A DNA stretch of 64,000 nucleotides, taken from NCBI GenBank assembly GCA_965219415.1, contig CBDCNP010000002.1:5120001-5184000 (forward strand), written 5' to 3'. Positions 54,555-64,000 of the stretch are shown piece after piece. This DNA is from Candidatus Marinacidobacterales bacterium (GTDB lineage Bacteria; Acidobacteriota; Vicinamibacteria; Marinacidobacterales; DATDRI01). Position numbers and translations under genes: made by a program. A model generated the notes under the pieces. It made no database searches and was not told the DNA's origin. It saw only the letters and a list, made by a program, of their open reading frames with translations. Numbering within the stretch: position 1 is the stretch's first letter; every line of letters starts with the position of its first letter.

Positions 54555-55136
54555 ATGTTGATCCCGATGGTGGTCGAGCAGACCAACCGAGGCGAGCGTG
54601 CCTACGACATCTATTCGCGCTTACTCAAAGACAACATCATCTTCGTTGGCACTCCTATTGACGACAATCTCGCCAACCTGGTGGTCGCCCAACTCCTCTT
54701 CCTCGAGGCCGAGGATCCGGAGAAGGAAATCTCGATCTACATCAATAGTCCGGGGGGATCGGTGACGGCGGGTCTAGCCATCTACGACACGATCCAATTC
54801 ATTCGCCCGGACGTGACTACCTACTGTCTCGGCCAGGCGGCCAGCATGGCCGCGGTGCTGCTTGCGGCCGGCACGCCGGGCAAACGTTTCGCGCTTCCTA
54901 ATGCTCGAGTCATCATCCACCAACCGTCGGGCGGCTTTTCTGGGCAAGCCACCGACATCAATATTCAGGCGAAAGAGATCTTACGGACTCGGCAGCGGCT
55001 CAACGAAATCCTCTCGATGCACACCGGCCAAAGCTTTTCCAAGATCGAGCAAGACGTCGAACGTGACTTCATCATGACCGCCGAGTCGGCCAAGGAATAC
55101 GGAATCATCGACCAAGTCATTTCGAGGCGGGTCTAA
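54555..55136 (+). CDS. clpP: Clp protease proteolytic subunit
   Basis: DIYSRLL, YINSPGG, GQAASM, IHQP. Confidence 0.98.
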   Translation: MLIPMVVEQTNRGERAYDIYSRLLKDNIIFVGTPIDDNLANLVVAQLLFLEAEDPEKEISIYINSPGGSVTAGLAIYDTIQFIRPDVTTYCLGQAASMAAVLLAAGTPGKRFALPNARVIIHQPSGGFSGQATDINIQAKEILRTRQRLNEILSMHTGQSFSKIEQDVERDFIMTAESAKEYGIIDQVISRRV

Positions 55137-55156
55137 CTTCCATAACCGGGGGGAGC

Positions 55157-56398
55157 GTGTCCAAGAAAAACGGCGATCCTGAGGTCCTACGCTGTTCGTT
55201 CTGCAACAAAGACCAGAGCGACGTGCGTAAGCTAATCGCAGGGCCCACTGTCTTCATCTGCGACGAGTGCGTCGAGGTCTGCAACGACATCATCGCCGAC
55301 GATAATCGGTTCGAGACGCGCTCGCAGCGGTCCACCCTTCCGACCCCGATGGAGATCAAGGAATTCCTGGAAGAGTTCGTCATCGGTCAAAACCAAGCCA
55401 AGAAGAAACTAGCGGTCGCCGTCTACAACCACTACAAGCGGGTTCAGATCATGAAGTCCAAGACCCGCCAGGACGTCGAGCTCACGAAGAGCAACATCCT
55501 TCTCGTCGGCGCCACCGGAACCGGCAAGACGCTCATGGCCCAGACGCTGGCCAAGCTGCTGTCAGTTCCTTTCTCGATCGTCGACGCAACCACCCTCACC
55601 GAAGCGGGCTACGTCGGCGAGGACGTGGAGAACATCATCTTAAAGCTCTTGCAGGCGGCGGGTGGCGACATCGAGAAGTGCCAGGAAGGCATCATCTATA
55701 TAGATGAGATCGACAAGATTTGCCGCAAGGACGAAAACCCCTCCATCACCAGGGACGTTTCGGGTGAAGGGGTGCAACAAGCGTTGCTCAAGATCCTCGA
55801 GGGGACGGTCGCCAACGTGCCGCCCCAGGGAGGACGTAAGCATCCACACCAGGAGTTCTATCAGATTGACACCACCAACATTCTGTTCATCTGTGGTGGG
55901 GCGTTCGTGGGGCTGGACAAAGTCATCGAGCGCCGGATCGGAAAGAAGTCCCTTGGTTTCCGGGCCGACCTCGGTGTCCAGCAGGAACGGGCGGAGGACC
56001 TCATGACCCTCGTTCAGCCCACGGACTTGATCAAGTACGGGCTCATACCCGAGTTCGTCGGAAGACTACCGGTCATTGGTACGCTGCACGAGTTGGACCG
56101 GGCGGCTTTGATTCAGATCATGACCGAGCCGCGCAATGCCATTGTCAAGCAGTATCAGCGACTCTTCGAGTACGAGAACGTGAAGTTGAGGTTCACTGAT
56201 GATTCTCTGGAGGCAATTGCCGACTTGGCCTGCGAACGCAAGATCGGAGCCCGCGGCCTCCGCATGATTATCGAAGACCTCATGCTCGACCTCATGTACC
56301 ATCTACCCTCGCAGAAGAAGGTCCGAGAATGTGTCGTCACGAAGGAGGTCGTCGAGAACCGTGAGAAACCAGTAACGCTGATCGAGAAGGCAGGCTAG
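55157..56398 (+). CDS. clpX: Clp protease ATP-binding subunit
   Basis: CSFC Zn finger, [19 protein letters not shown]. Confidence 0.98.
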   Translation: MSKKNGDPEVLRCSFCNKDQSDVRKLIAGPTVFICDECVEVCNDIIADDNRFETRSQRSTLPTPMEIKEFLEEFVIGQNQAKKKLAVAVYNHYKRVQIMKSKTRQDVELTKSNILLVGATGTGKTLMAQTLAKLLSVPFSIVDATTLTEAGYVGEDVENIILKLLQAAGGDIEKCQEGIIYIDEIDKICRKDENPSITRDVSGEGVQQALLKILEGTVANVPPQGGRKHPHQEFYQIDTTNILFICGGAFVGLDKVIERRIGKKSLGFRADLGVQQERAEDLMTLVQPTDLIKYGLIPEFVGRLPVIGTLHELDRAALIQIMTEPRNAIVKQYQRLFEYENVKLRFTDDSLEAIADLACERKIGARGLRMIIEDLMLDLMYHLPSQKKVRECVVTKEVVENREKPVTLIEKAG

Positions 56399-56575
56399 CT
56401 CACTTTTCCCGAGGGTTCCGCAACACCCGCGGGGTCGTTTTCCCAAAAATTCAACGTCGAACCGGGCCCCAACCGTTGCCTAACCAATAGATGCCCCGTT
56501 GCCTGAACCTGAATGAACCGTTCCGAGAAACCGAGCGATAGGACAGTCAGTTAGCGGAAGGACGAAGCGATAGCG

Positions 56576-59005
56576 ATGTTCGGAAACAAACCTAGAGATC
56601 GAGCCGAAATCTACGAAACGCTCGCCATGGTTCCCTTGCGGGATGTGGTGATCTTCCCTTACATGATGATGCCCTTCGTCATCGGGCGCGCTTCCTCGGT
56701 GAGGGCCTTGGAGTACTCCCTCGCCCATGACCGTCGTATCTTCCTGTCTGCCCAACACGACGCGACCACCGATGATCCGCAAGCCTCCGACATATATACG
56801 GTGGGGACGATCTCCAACATCGTGCAGTCGGTCAAGCTACCCGATGGCAACATCAAGGTTCTGGTGGAGGGGCTGGACCGTGGCCGCACCATCGAATGTC
56901 GAGAGGAAGAGGGTTTCTTCAAAATCGTCGCCAAGACGATACCGAAAGTCTCGGAGACGTCGTCGGAGCTCGAAGGCCCCATGAGCAAGGTGGTCTCGCT
57001 CTTCGAACAATACGTCAAATTGGCCAATACGGTGCAGGCGGAGGTGAAAAACGCCGCCGTCCAGGTCGACGACCCCGGCAAGCTAGCCGATACGATCGCC
57101 AGCCATCTCATCCTACCGGTCGATGAGAAACAGAATCTCCTCGAGACTTGGAACCCTCTCGAGCGACTGACCCGTATCGCGGGAGTCCTCGAGCACGAGG
57201 TGGACAAGCTACAGGTGGAACGTCGGCTGCAAGGCCGAGTCCGCAAACAAATGGAGCGGGCGCAAAAAGAGTACTACCTCAACGAGAAAATGAAGGCCAT
57301 CCAGAAGGAGCTCGGTCGCAAGGATGACAAATCCAACGAGCTCGACGAGCTTCGAAAAAAGTTGGCCGGCGCAAAAATGAGCAAGGAGGCGGAGGAGAAG
57401 GCGCTTCAGGAGCTCAAGCGGCTCGAAGCGATGCCTCCGATGTCGGCCGAGGCAACCGTATCCCGCAACTACCTGGATTGGATGCTCGCCGTTCCCTGGT
57501 ACAAGCGGACGCGGGAGAGCCGCGATCTGCAGCGCGCCGAGCGGATCCTCGACGAAGATCACTATGGGCTGGAAAAGGTCAAGGAACGCGTGCTGGAGTT
57601 TCTCGCCGTCAGGCAGCTGGTGCGCAAGCAGAAGGGGCCTATCCTCTGTTTCGTCGGGCCGCCGGGCGTGGGGAAAACTTCGCTCGCCAAATCGATTGCC
57701 AGAGCCACCAATCGCAAGTTCGTTCGGCTTTCGCTCGGCGGGGTGCGCGACGAGGCGGAAGTCCGTGGTCACCGGCGTACCTACATCGGAGCCTTCCCCG
57801 GCCAGATCATTCAGATGATGAAGAAGGCCGGCACCGTGAATCCGCTCGTCTTGCTGGATGAGGTCGACAAGATGAGCATGGATTTCCGCGGTGACCCATC
57901 GGCAGCGCTGCTGGAGGTACTGGACTCAGAGCAGAACCACTGCTTCCAAGATCACTATCTGGACGTTGAGTACGACCTCTCGAACGCCATGTTCATCGCC
58001 ACCGCCAACGTGCTGCACACGATGCCGCAGGCGCTCCAAGACCGTCTGGAAGTGCTCCGACTACCCGGGTACACCGAGGAAGAGAAGGTTGAGATCGCGA
58101 CGCGGTTCTTGGTGCCGAAACAAGTCGAATCTAACGGACTCAAGAACAAGGCGGTCACGTTCCAGGGTGACGCCTTGAAGGAAGTCCTGACGCGCTACAC
58201 TCGCGAGGCAGGAGTGCGCAATCTGGAAAGGGAGATCGCATCCATCTGCCGCAAGATTGCTCGAAAACTGGTCACCGACAAGACGGATCTCGAGATCGAC
58301 GTGACTGAAAAATCCATCGCCGACTATCTGGGAATTCCGAAGTTCCGCCGGCGCAAGACGGAAGGAACGAGCGAAATCGGGACGGCTACCGGTCTGGCCT
58401 GGACCGAGGTGGGGGGAGAGCTCCTCGTCACCGAGGCCTCGCTCATGTTCGGGAAGGGCGGATTGACCTTGACTGGCAAGTTGGGCGACGTTATGCAAGA
58501 ATCTGCGCAAACGGCCCTGTCGTTCATTCGCTCCCGTGCGGAGGAGCTTGGTATTGCAAGGGATTTCAATCGACGTATCGACGTGCATATCCACGTACCA
58601 GAAGGCGCAATCCCCAAAGACGGTCCGTCGGCGGGAATCACCATGTGCACGGCTCTGGTCTCTGCCTTGACGAGTATTTCGGTACGGAGCGATGTAGCCA
58701 TGACCGGCGAGATCACGCTTCGCGGGAAGATCCTCCCGATTGGAGGAGTGAAAGAAAAGCTCCTCGCTGCACACCGCGCCGGCATCAACAACATAATCCT
58801 TCCCCGGGACAACGAAAAGGACCTGGCCGATATCCCGGAGAACGTTCTCAGTCAGCTGAAGGTCAAGATGGTTGAGTCGATGGACGAAGTGTTCGAGGGG
58901 GCTTTGACCGCTCCGCTGCCGAAAATCGAGGCGGACGAAGATTCGTCCGAGTCGGAACCTGAGAAGCTGGACGAGGGGATCCAAGGCGAATCGATTACCC
59001 ATTAG
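56576..59005 (+). CDS. lon: Lon protease
   Basis: [17 protein letters not shown]. Confidence 0.98.
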   Translation: MFGNKPRDRAEIYETLAMVPLRDVVIFPYMMMPFVIGRASSVRALEYSLAHDRRIFLSAQHDATTDDPQASDIYTVGTISNIVQSVKLPDGNIKVLVEGLDRGRTIECREEEGFFKIVAKTIPKVSETSSELEGPMSKVVSLFEQYVKLANTVQAEVKNAAVQVDDPGKLADTIASHLILPVDEKQNLLETWNPLERLTRIAGVLEHEVDKLQVERRLQGRVRKQMERAQKEYYLNEKMKAIQKELGRKDDKSNELDELRKKLAGAKMSKEAEEKALQELKRLEAMPPMSAEATVSRNYLDWMLAVPWYKRTRESRDLQRAERILDEDHYGLEKVKERVLEFLAVRQLVRKQKGPILCFVGPPGVGKTSLAKSIARATNRKFVRLSLGGVRDEAEVRGHRRTYIGAFPGQIIQMMKKAGTVNPLVLLDEVDKMSMDFRGDPSAALLEVLDSEQNHCFQDHYLDVEYDLSNAMFIATANVLHTMPQALQDRLEVLRLPGYTEEEKVEIATRFLVPKQVESNGLKNKAVTFQGDALKEVLTRYTREAGVRNLEREIASICRKIARKLVTDKTDLEIDVTEKSIADYLGIPKFRRRKTEGTSEIGTATGLAWTEVGGELLVTEASLMFGKGGLTLTGKLGDVMQESAQTALSFIRSRAEELGIARDFNRRIDVHIHVPEGAIPKDGPSAGITMCTALVSALTSISVRSDVAMTGEITLRGKILPIGGVKEKLLAAHRAGINNIILPRDNEKDLADIPENVLSQLKVKMVESMDEVFEGALTAPLPKIEADEDSSESEPEKLDEGIQGESITH

Positions 59006-59226
59006 GACTACTAGGTGGGGGTGCCCACACCACGCCACACAACCGACGACAAGGGCACTTCCAGCAAGACGCTTCCGAAAATTCTTCCCAGAGGGAAACC
59101 AGTAGTGGCCGGAAAGAGGCTCCCCGCACAGTGAAGCGGCGGACCTCATCGCTACCGAAGTAACCAATCAACGGGAGTTAATCAACTGGCAACGGTGAGA
59201 GTCGCACCGGAGAGAACTTATGCATC

Positions 59227-59841
59227 ATGAGCAAGCTGCCGCGCGCCGAGTTCATTCTCAGTGCCGCCGCGCCAATAGACTTTCCTGGCGATGGACTTCC
59301 GGAAGTGGCTCTAGTCGGAAGATCGAATGTAGGAAAATCCAGCTTGCTCAACCAGCTCGCAGGCATCAAGAAACTGGCGGCGGTGTCACGGACTCCAGGC
59401 CGCACCCAGCTCATCAATTTTTTTCGGGTGGAAGAGCGTTTCTATCTGGTCGACCTACCCGGCTATGGTTTTGCGCGCGTCCCGGTGGCGGTGCGACGTC
59501 GTTGGGAGGCTCTCGTCAGCGAGTACCTCTTCGAGCGGAGCGCGCTTCGGTTGGTCATGCTCATCATCGACGCTCGCCGCGACCCGATGCCCAACGACCA
59601 GCAGGTATTGGAGCTCCTAAATAGCAGCGGAATGTCCTATGCCCTTATTGCAACCAAGTCAGACAAACTCTCCCGAGCGGCGATGGCCAAGCAAAGGGCT
59701 CGGCTCCATTCGGCCTTTGCCTCGGACGGGGAGATTCCCTTCATCACCTTTTCCGCCGTAACGGGGGAAGGAAGGAAAGAAATATGGAACGTGATCGAGA
59801 AACACGTACGCGGGCCGAAACGCCGACCGAGAACGAAGTAA
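59227..59841 (+). CDS. engB: GTP-binding protein EngB/YihA
   Basis: [20 protein letters not shown]. Confidence 0.96.
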   Translation: MSKLPRAEFILSAAAPIDFPGDGLPEVALVGRSNVGKSSLLNQLAGIKKLAAVSRTPGRTQLINFFRVEERFYLVDLPGYGFARVPVAVRRRWEALVSEYLFERSALRLVMLIIDARRDPMPNDQQVLELLNSSGMSYALIATKSDKLSRAAMAKQRARLHSAFASDGEIPFITFSAVTGEGRKEIWNVIEKHVRGPKRRPRTK

Positions 59842-61160
59842 CGGAAAAAGCGCCGCGTAGCGAAACAACTGAAAAGCCTCAGCGGAGTGAGGGGAAGGCG
59901 AAGACCCTCAACATCGCCGAGCTGAAGGATATGAATATTTCCACCCTCGCGAAGGTGGCCAAGGACCTCACCGTCGCCGGCGCCACTGGGATGCGCAAGC
60001 AAGAACTCATCTTCAAAATCCTGCAAGCGCAAACCGAACAAAGCGGACTCATTTTCTCCGAGGGTGTATTGGAATGCCTGCCCGACGGCTTTGGGTTCTT
60101 GCGCGCCCCCGAGTACAACTATCTGCCCGGTCCTGATGACATCTACGTCTCGCCGTCGCAGATACGGAAATTCGATCTGCGAACCGGAGACACGATTTCC
60201 GGCCAGATCCGGCCACCGAAAGAAGGCGAGCGCTACTTCGCGCTCATCAAGGTGGAGGCGGTCAATTTCGAGCCGCCCGAAGCCTCACGTGAGCGGATCT
60301 TCTTCGACAACCTGACTCCCCTCTATCCGCAGGAGCGGATCCAGCTGGAGACTGCTAAGGACAACCTGTCGGCGCGGGTGATGGACCTGATGACCCCGGT
60401 CGGAAAGGGGCAGCGCGGACTCATCGTCGCGGCCCCTCGCACCGGCAAGACGATGTTGCTGCAGAACATTGCCAACAGCATTACCGCCAACCAGCCCGAA
60501 GTCATCCTCATCGTCCTGCTGATCGACGAGCGCCCAGAAGAGGTCACCGACATGCAGCGTTCGGTGCAGGGCGAGGTCATCAGCTCGACGTTCGACGAGC
60601 CGGCTTCTCGCCACGTGCAGGTCGCGGAAATGGTCATCGAGAAGGCGAAACGGTTGATCGAGCACAAACGGGATGTCGTTATATTGCTCGACTCGATAAC
60701 GCGCCTCGCCCGCGCCTACAATACCGTGGTGCCACCTTCCGGAAAGGTGCTTTCCGGTGGTGTGGACAGTAACGCACTGCAACGACCGAAGCGGTTCTTC
60801 GGCGCGGCCCGAAATATCGAAGAGGGCGGTTCGCTCACCATTATCGCTACCGCTCTCATCGAGACCGGCAGCCGGATGGACGATGTCATCTTTGAGGAGT
60901 TCAAGGGCACCGGTAATATGGAAATCCACCTCGACCGCAAGCTGGTCGACAAGCGGGTCTTTCCTTCCATCGACATCAACAAGAGCGGCACTAGAAAGGA
61001 AGAGCTGCTGCTTGCCAAGGAGGAGATCACGCGGGTATGGATTCTACGCAAAGTGCTCTCCCCCTTGTCGCCGGTGGAGGCAATGGAGCTCCTGTTGGAC
61101 AAGATGAGCAAGACGAAGAATAACGCCGAGTTCCTAGCCTCGATGTCGGGCCAACCCTAG
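59784..61160 (+). CDS. rho: Transcription termination factor Rho (start uncertain)
   Basis: [28 protein letters not shown]. Confidence 0.97.
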   Translation: MERDRETRTRAETPTENEVTEKAPRSETTEKPQRSEGKAKTLNIAELKDMNISTLAKVAKDLTVAGATGMRKQELIFKILQAQTEQSGLIFSEGVLECLPDGFGFLRAPEYNYLPGPDDIYVSPSQIRKFDLRTGDTISGQIRPPKEGERYFALIKVEAVNFEPPEASRERIFFDNLTPLYPQERIQLETAKDNLSARVMDLMTPVGKGQRGLIVAAPRTGKTMLLQNIANSITANQPEVILIVLLIDERPEEVTDMQRSVQGEVISSTFDEPASRHVQVAEMVIEKAKRLIEHKRDVVILLDSITRLARAYNTVVPPSGKVLSGGVDSNALQRPKRFFGAARNIEEGGSLTIIATALIETGSRMDDVIFEEFKGTGNMEIHLDRKLVDKRVFPSIDINKSGTRKEELLLAKEEITRVWILRKVLSPLSPVEAMELLLDKMSKTKNNAEFLASMSGQP

Positions 61161-61272
61161 CGTCAACCAACAACACCTACCTCGCCGCACGTGGGAGCCT
61201 TGTCACGCTCCCGCCGGCGGACAAGCTGCGCTATAATAGCGCTCTCCAGTTCACTACCGAGGAGTCATAGAC

Positions 61273-61557
61273 ATGAAACAAGGAATTCATCCAAAGTACG
61301 AGACCGTGACGGTAACTTGTGCTTGCGGAGAGACTTTTCAGACCCGCACTACCAAGGGCAGCACTATTAAGCTGGAGATCTGCTCCAAGTGCCATCCCTT
61401 CTTCACTGGCAAGCAGAAATTGATCGACTCGGCCGGTCGCATCGAGCGGTTCCAACGAAAGTTCGGAAAGCGGAAGCCCGTCTCGCAAGCGAAGCCTGAG
61501 GCGAAGTCAGAGCCCGCCCCTGACAGCACTGACAGCCCGACCACTCCTGAGTCCTAA
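61273..61557 (+). CDS. rpmE: 50S ribosomal protein L31 (Zn-binding type, C-terminal extension)
   Basis: [23 protein letters not shown]. Confidence 0.96.
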   Translation: MKQGIHPKYETVTVTCACGETFQTRTTKGSTIKLEICSKCHPFFTGKQKLIDSAGRIERFQRKFGKRKPVSQAKPEAKSEPAPDSTDSPTTPES

Positions 61558-61578
61558 GGCCTAGACTCCCGCAGTCCC

Positions 61579-62673
61579 ATGTCTGATCTGCAATCCAAGC
61601 TCGATGCACTCGAGGCGCGGTACGAGCAGATAACCCTCGAGCTCGGAAAGCCGGAGGTCGCATCCGACCCCGCTGTCTATCAGAAAACGGCGAAAGCGCG
61701 AGCGGAGCTCGAGCCCGTGGTAAGCAAGTACCGCGAGCTGAAATCGGTACTGAACCAGCTCAGCGGGGCTCAGGAGATGATCAAGGAAGGTGAGGAAGAA
61801 GAGCTCAAGGCTTTAGCCCAGGAAGAGCTTGAACAGCTCGAGACCGAAAGGGAACGTTTGACGGAGGAGGTGAAACTCCTACTCCTTCCGAAGGATCCGA
61901 ACGACGAGCGCAACGTCATCGTCGAGATCCGAGCTGGTACGGGGGGTGATGAAGCGGCACTCTTCGCTCAGGAAATTTACCGGATGTACTCCCGCTACGC
62001 GGAGCAAAACGGTTGGCGGGTGGAAGTGATCAACGCGAACCCCACCGGCATCGGTGGATTGAAGGAGATCGTTGCGGTCATCGAAGGCAAGGGTGCCTAT
62101 AGCCGACTGAAGTACGAGAGTGGTGTTCACCGCGTCCAGCGGGTACCGGTGACGGAGGCTTCTGGTCGTATTCATACCTCCGCGATCACGGTTGCCGTAT
62201 TGCCGGAGGCCAAGGACGTCGAGGTTGAAATCGAGGCCAAGGACATTCGTATCGACACTTTCTGCTCCTCCGGTCCAGGAGGGCAGAGCGTCAATACGAC
62301 CTACTCGGCGGTCCGGATCACTCACATCCCCACGGGCCTGGTGGTGTCGTGCCAGGACGAAAAATCGCAAATCAAAAACAAGGCCAAGGCGATGCGCGTT
62401 CTTCGCTCGCGGCTGTACGATTTGGCCATCCAGGAACAACAAGCCAAGATCGCCCGCGAGAGGAAGGGACAGATCGGCTCCGGAGACCGAAGCGAGAAGA
62501 TCCGTACTTACAATTTCCGCGAGACACGGGTGACGGACCACCGCATCAACCTGACGCTGCATCGCCTTGACGCGATCCTAGATGGTCAGTTGGACGACAT
62601 CATCGACGGTCTCGCTACGCACTACCAAGCCGAAAAACTCAAGGAGGCGGAGGCCGCTCCCGTAGAACAGTGA
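61579..62673 (+). CDS. prfA: Peptide chain release factor 1
   Basis: PVT, GGQ. Confidence 0.97.
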   Translation: MSDLQSKLDALEARYEQITLELGKPEVASDPAVYQKTAKARAELEPVVSKYRELKSVLNQLSGAQEMIKEGEEEELKALAQEELEQLETERERLTEEVKLLLLPKDPNDERNVIVEIRAGTGGDEAALFAQEIYRMYSRYAEQNGWRVEVINANPTGIGGLKEIVAVIEGKGAYSRLKYESGVHRVQRVPVTEASGRIHTSAITVAVLPEAKDVEVEIEAKDIRIDTFCSSGPGGQSVNTTYSAVRITHIPTGLVVSCQDEKSQIKNKAKAMRVLRSRLYDLAIQEQQAKIARERKGQIGSGDRSEKIRTYNFRETRVTDHRINLTLHRLDAILDGQLDDIIDGLATHYQAEKLKEAEAAPVEQ

Positions 62674-63539
62674 GCAAGGCTTCCCCTAGTGCACGGCGAC
62701 TTCTCGAGCGGGGAGCGCAGGAGCTGGAACAGGCCGGCGTAGACCGAAGCCGCTGGGAAGCCGAGGTTCTCCTTCGACAAGCGATCGGCTGCTCTCGCGA
62801 AACTCTTCTCGCCGATCTCGCCGAGCCGGTGGGAGCGGAAGCGGCGGGATATTTCTTTCAACTCGTCGACCGACGCCGGGGTCGAGTTCCCCTGCAATAC
62901 CTCCTGGGCACCCAGGAGTTTTGGGGTCTCGAGTTCGTGGTAACTCCTGCCGTCTTCATCCCTCGTCCCGAAACCGAAGGCCTGGTCGAGGAAACCATCG
63001 CTCGACTCGGCGACCGCTCGGCAAGGGTGGCCGACGTCGGGTGTGGAAGCGGCTGTGTGGCCGTTTCGATCGCTTCGTCTCTTCCCAACGCCCAGGTGTA
63101 CGCAACGGAAATCTCACCCGCCGCACTTGCGGTGGCCGGGGAAAACGCAAACCGAAACGGCGTAAGCTCACGCATCGAGTTCCTGCAGGGCGATCTCTTA
63201 GCTCCACTGGTAGCCAAGTCGACACCGCCCATCTTGGACGTCGTGGTGTCGAATCCACCGTACGTTCCGGAGGTCGACATGGCCGGGCTTCAACCCGAGG
63301 TCAAGGAGCACGAGCCTCGTGTTGCTTTGGCGGCAGGACCCGACGGGCTCGACGCGATGCGTCGCCTACTCCCCCAAGCCCGTTCACTTCTGGCGCCGCG
63401 GGGCCTCGTGTTGCTCGAGATTGGGATGGGTATGGAGGAGCGGGTGAAAACGCTGATTACCGAAACCGGTCTCGTGTGGGAAAAGACGGTTCCGGATCTG
63501 CAGGGGTTCCCGCGCATCGTCGTCGCGGTGAAAGGCTAA
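62670..63539 (+). CDS. prmC: Release factor glutamine methyltransferase
   Basis: IPRPETE, DVGCGSG, SNPPY. Confidence 0.96.
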   Translation: MSKASPSARRLLERGAQELEQAGVDRSRWEAEVLLRQAIGCSRETLLADLAEPVGAEAAGYFFQLVDRRRGRVPLQYLLGTQEFWGLEFVVTPAVFIPRPETEGLVEETIARLGDRSARVADVGCGSGCVAVSIASSLPNAQVYATEISPAALAVAGENANRNGVSSRIEFLQGDLLAPLVAKSTPPILDVVVSNPPYVPEVDMAGLQPEVKEHEPRVALAAGPDGLDAMRRLLPQARSLLAPRGLVLLEIGMGMEERVKTLITETGLVWEKTVPDLQGFPRIVVAVKG

Positions 63540-63546
63540 TAGGGCA

Positions 63547-63586
63547 CCCCTCACCCCATCCCTCTCCCCAAAAAGAGGAGAGGGAG
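63547..63586. repeat. REP-like purine/pyrimidine hairpin repeat
   Basis: CCCCTCACCCCATCCCTCTCCCCAAAAAGAGGAGAGGGAG. Confidence 0.55.
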
Positions 63587-63616
63587 AGCAGGTGGTGCTG
63601 CCGCAAAACTTCTAAT

Positions 63617-64000
63617 ATGGATAAGTTAAGAATCACAGGGGGGCGTGAGCTTTCCGGTCGCGTCGAAACAAGCGGCGCCAAGAACGCGTCCCTTCCCGCC
63701 ATGGCGACAAGCCTACTCACCGACCAAACCGTTGAGCTCGAGAACGTGCCAGAGGTTTGGGACGCCTCGACCATGCGGCGTTTGCTTTCCGAGTTGGGCG
63801 CCGAAGTCGACTACGGCTCATCCCATCGAATGAAGATATCCGTTCCCTCGGTTAGGTCGTTCGAAGCTCCGTACGAACTCGTCAAGACCATGCGCGCTTC
63901 TGTTTTGGTCCTCGGGCCTCTGGTGGCCCGCCACGGTCGCGCACGCGTATCTCTTCCGGGAGGATGTGCCATCGGTGCACGGCCTATCGATCTGCACCTG
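63617..64000 (+). CDS. murA: UDP-N-acetylglucosamine enolpyruvyl transferase (partial, runs off right edge)
   Basis: [37 protein letters not shown]. Confidence 0.95.
   Translation, partial: MDKLRITGGRELSGRVETSGAKNASLPAMATSLLTDQTVELENVPEVWDASTMRRLLSELGAEVDYGSSHRMKISVPSVRSFEAPYELVKTMRASVLVLGPLVARHGRARVSLPGGCAIGARPIDLHL

Overview
The window has two parts. Positions 1-52.9 kb are a very repeat-dense accessory mosaic. Short blocks of cargo genes, many cut mid-gene, alternate with tight clusters of mobile-element ends. Cargo includes a DUF3644/HEPN-like protein, SPFH, a PD40-CehA/McbA-cyclophilin fusion, duplicated bacilliredoxin, an amidohydrolase, a DEAD/DEAH helicase, a MacB-type ABC transporter, a methyltransferase, a serine recombinase/DUF2924/TerB island, a TonB-dependent receptor, an esterase and a cytochrome c. 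Mobile content: three IS3 copies, three IS5 (IS903-group) copies, IS256 copies and remnants, one IS1-family element with eight copies of a ~165-bp MITE sharing its ends, and an rve 'integrase-core' transposase family with about 25 dispersed ends starting (C/G)CGT rather than TG. There is also a ~60-bp micro-MITE, a group II intron 3' remnant and an istB remnant. Positions 53-64 kb are an intact core block: tRNA-Leu(TAG), tig, clpP, clpX, lon, engB, rho, rpmE, prfA, prmC and the start of murA. Gene style suggests Acidobacteriota (inference only). The best candidates for new biology are the CGT-ended rve element family with its end-cluster/cargo architecture, and a glycine-zipper + partner + TerB module on the recombinase island. 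Chimeric assembly through repeats and indel errors cannot be excluded without reads. All coordinates and alignments were read by eye.
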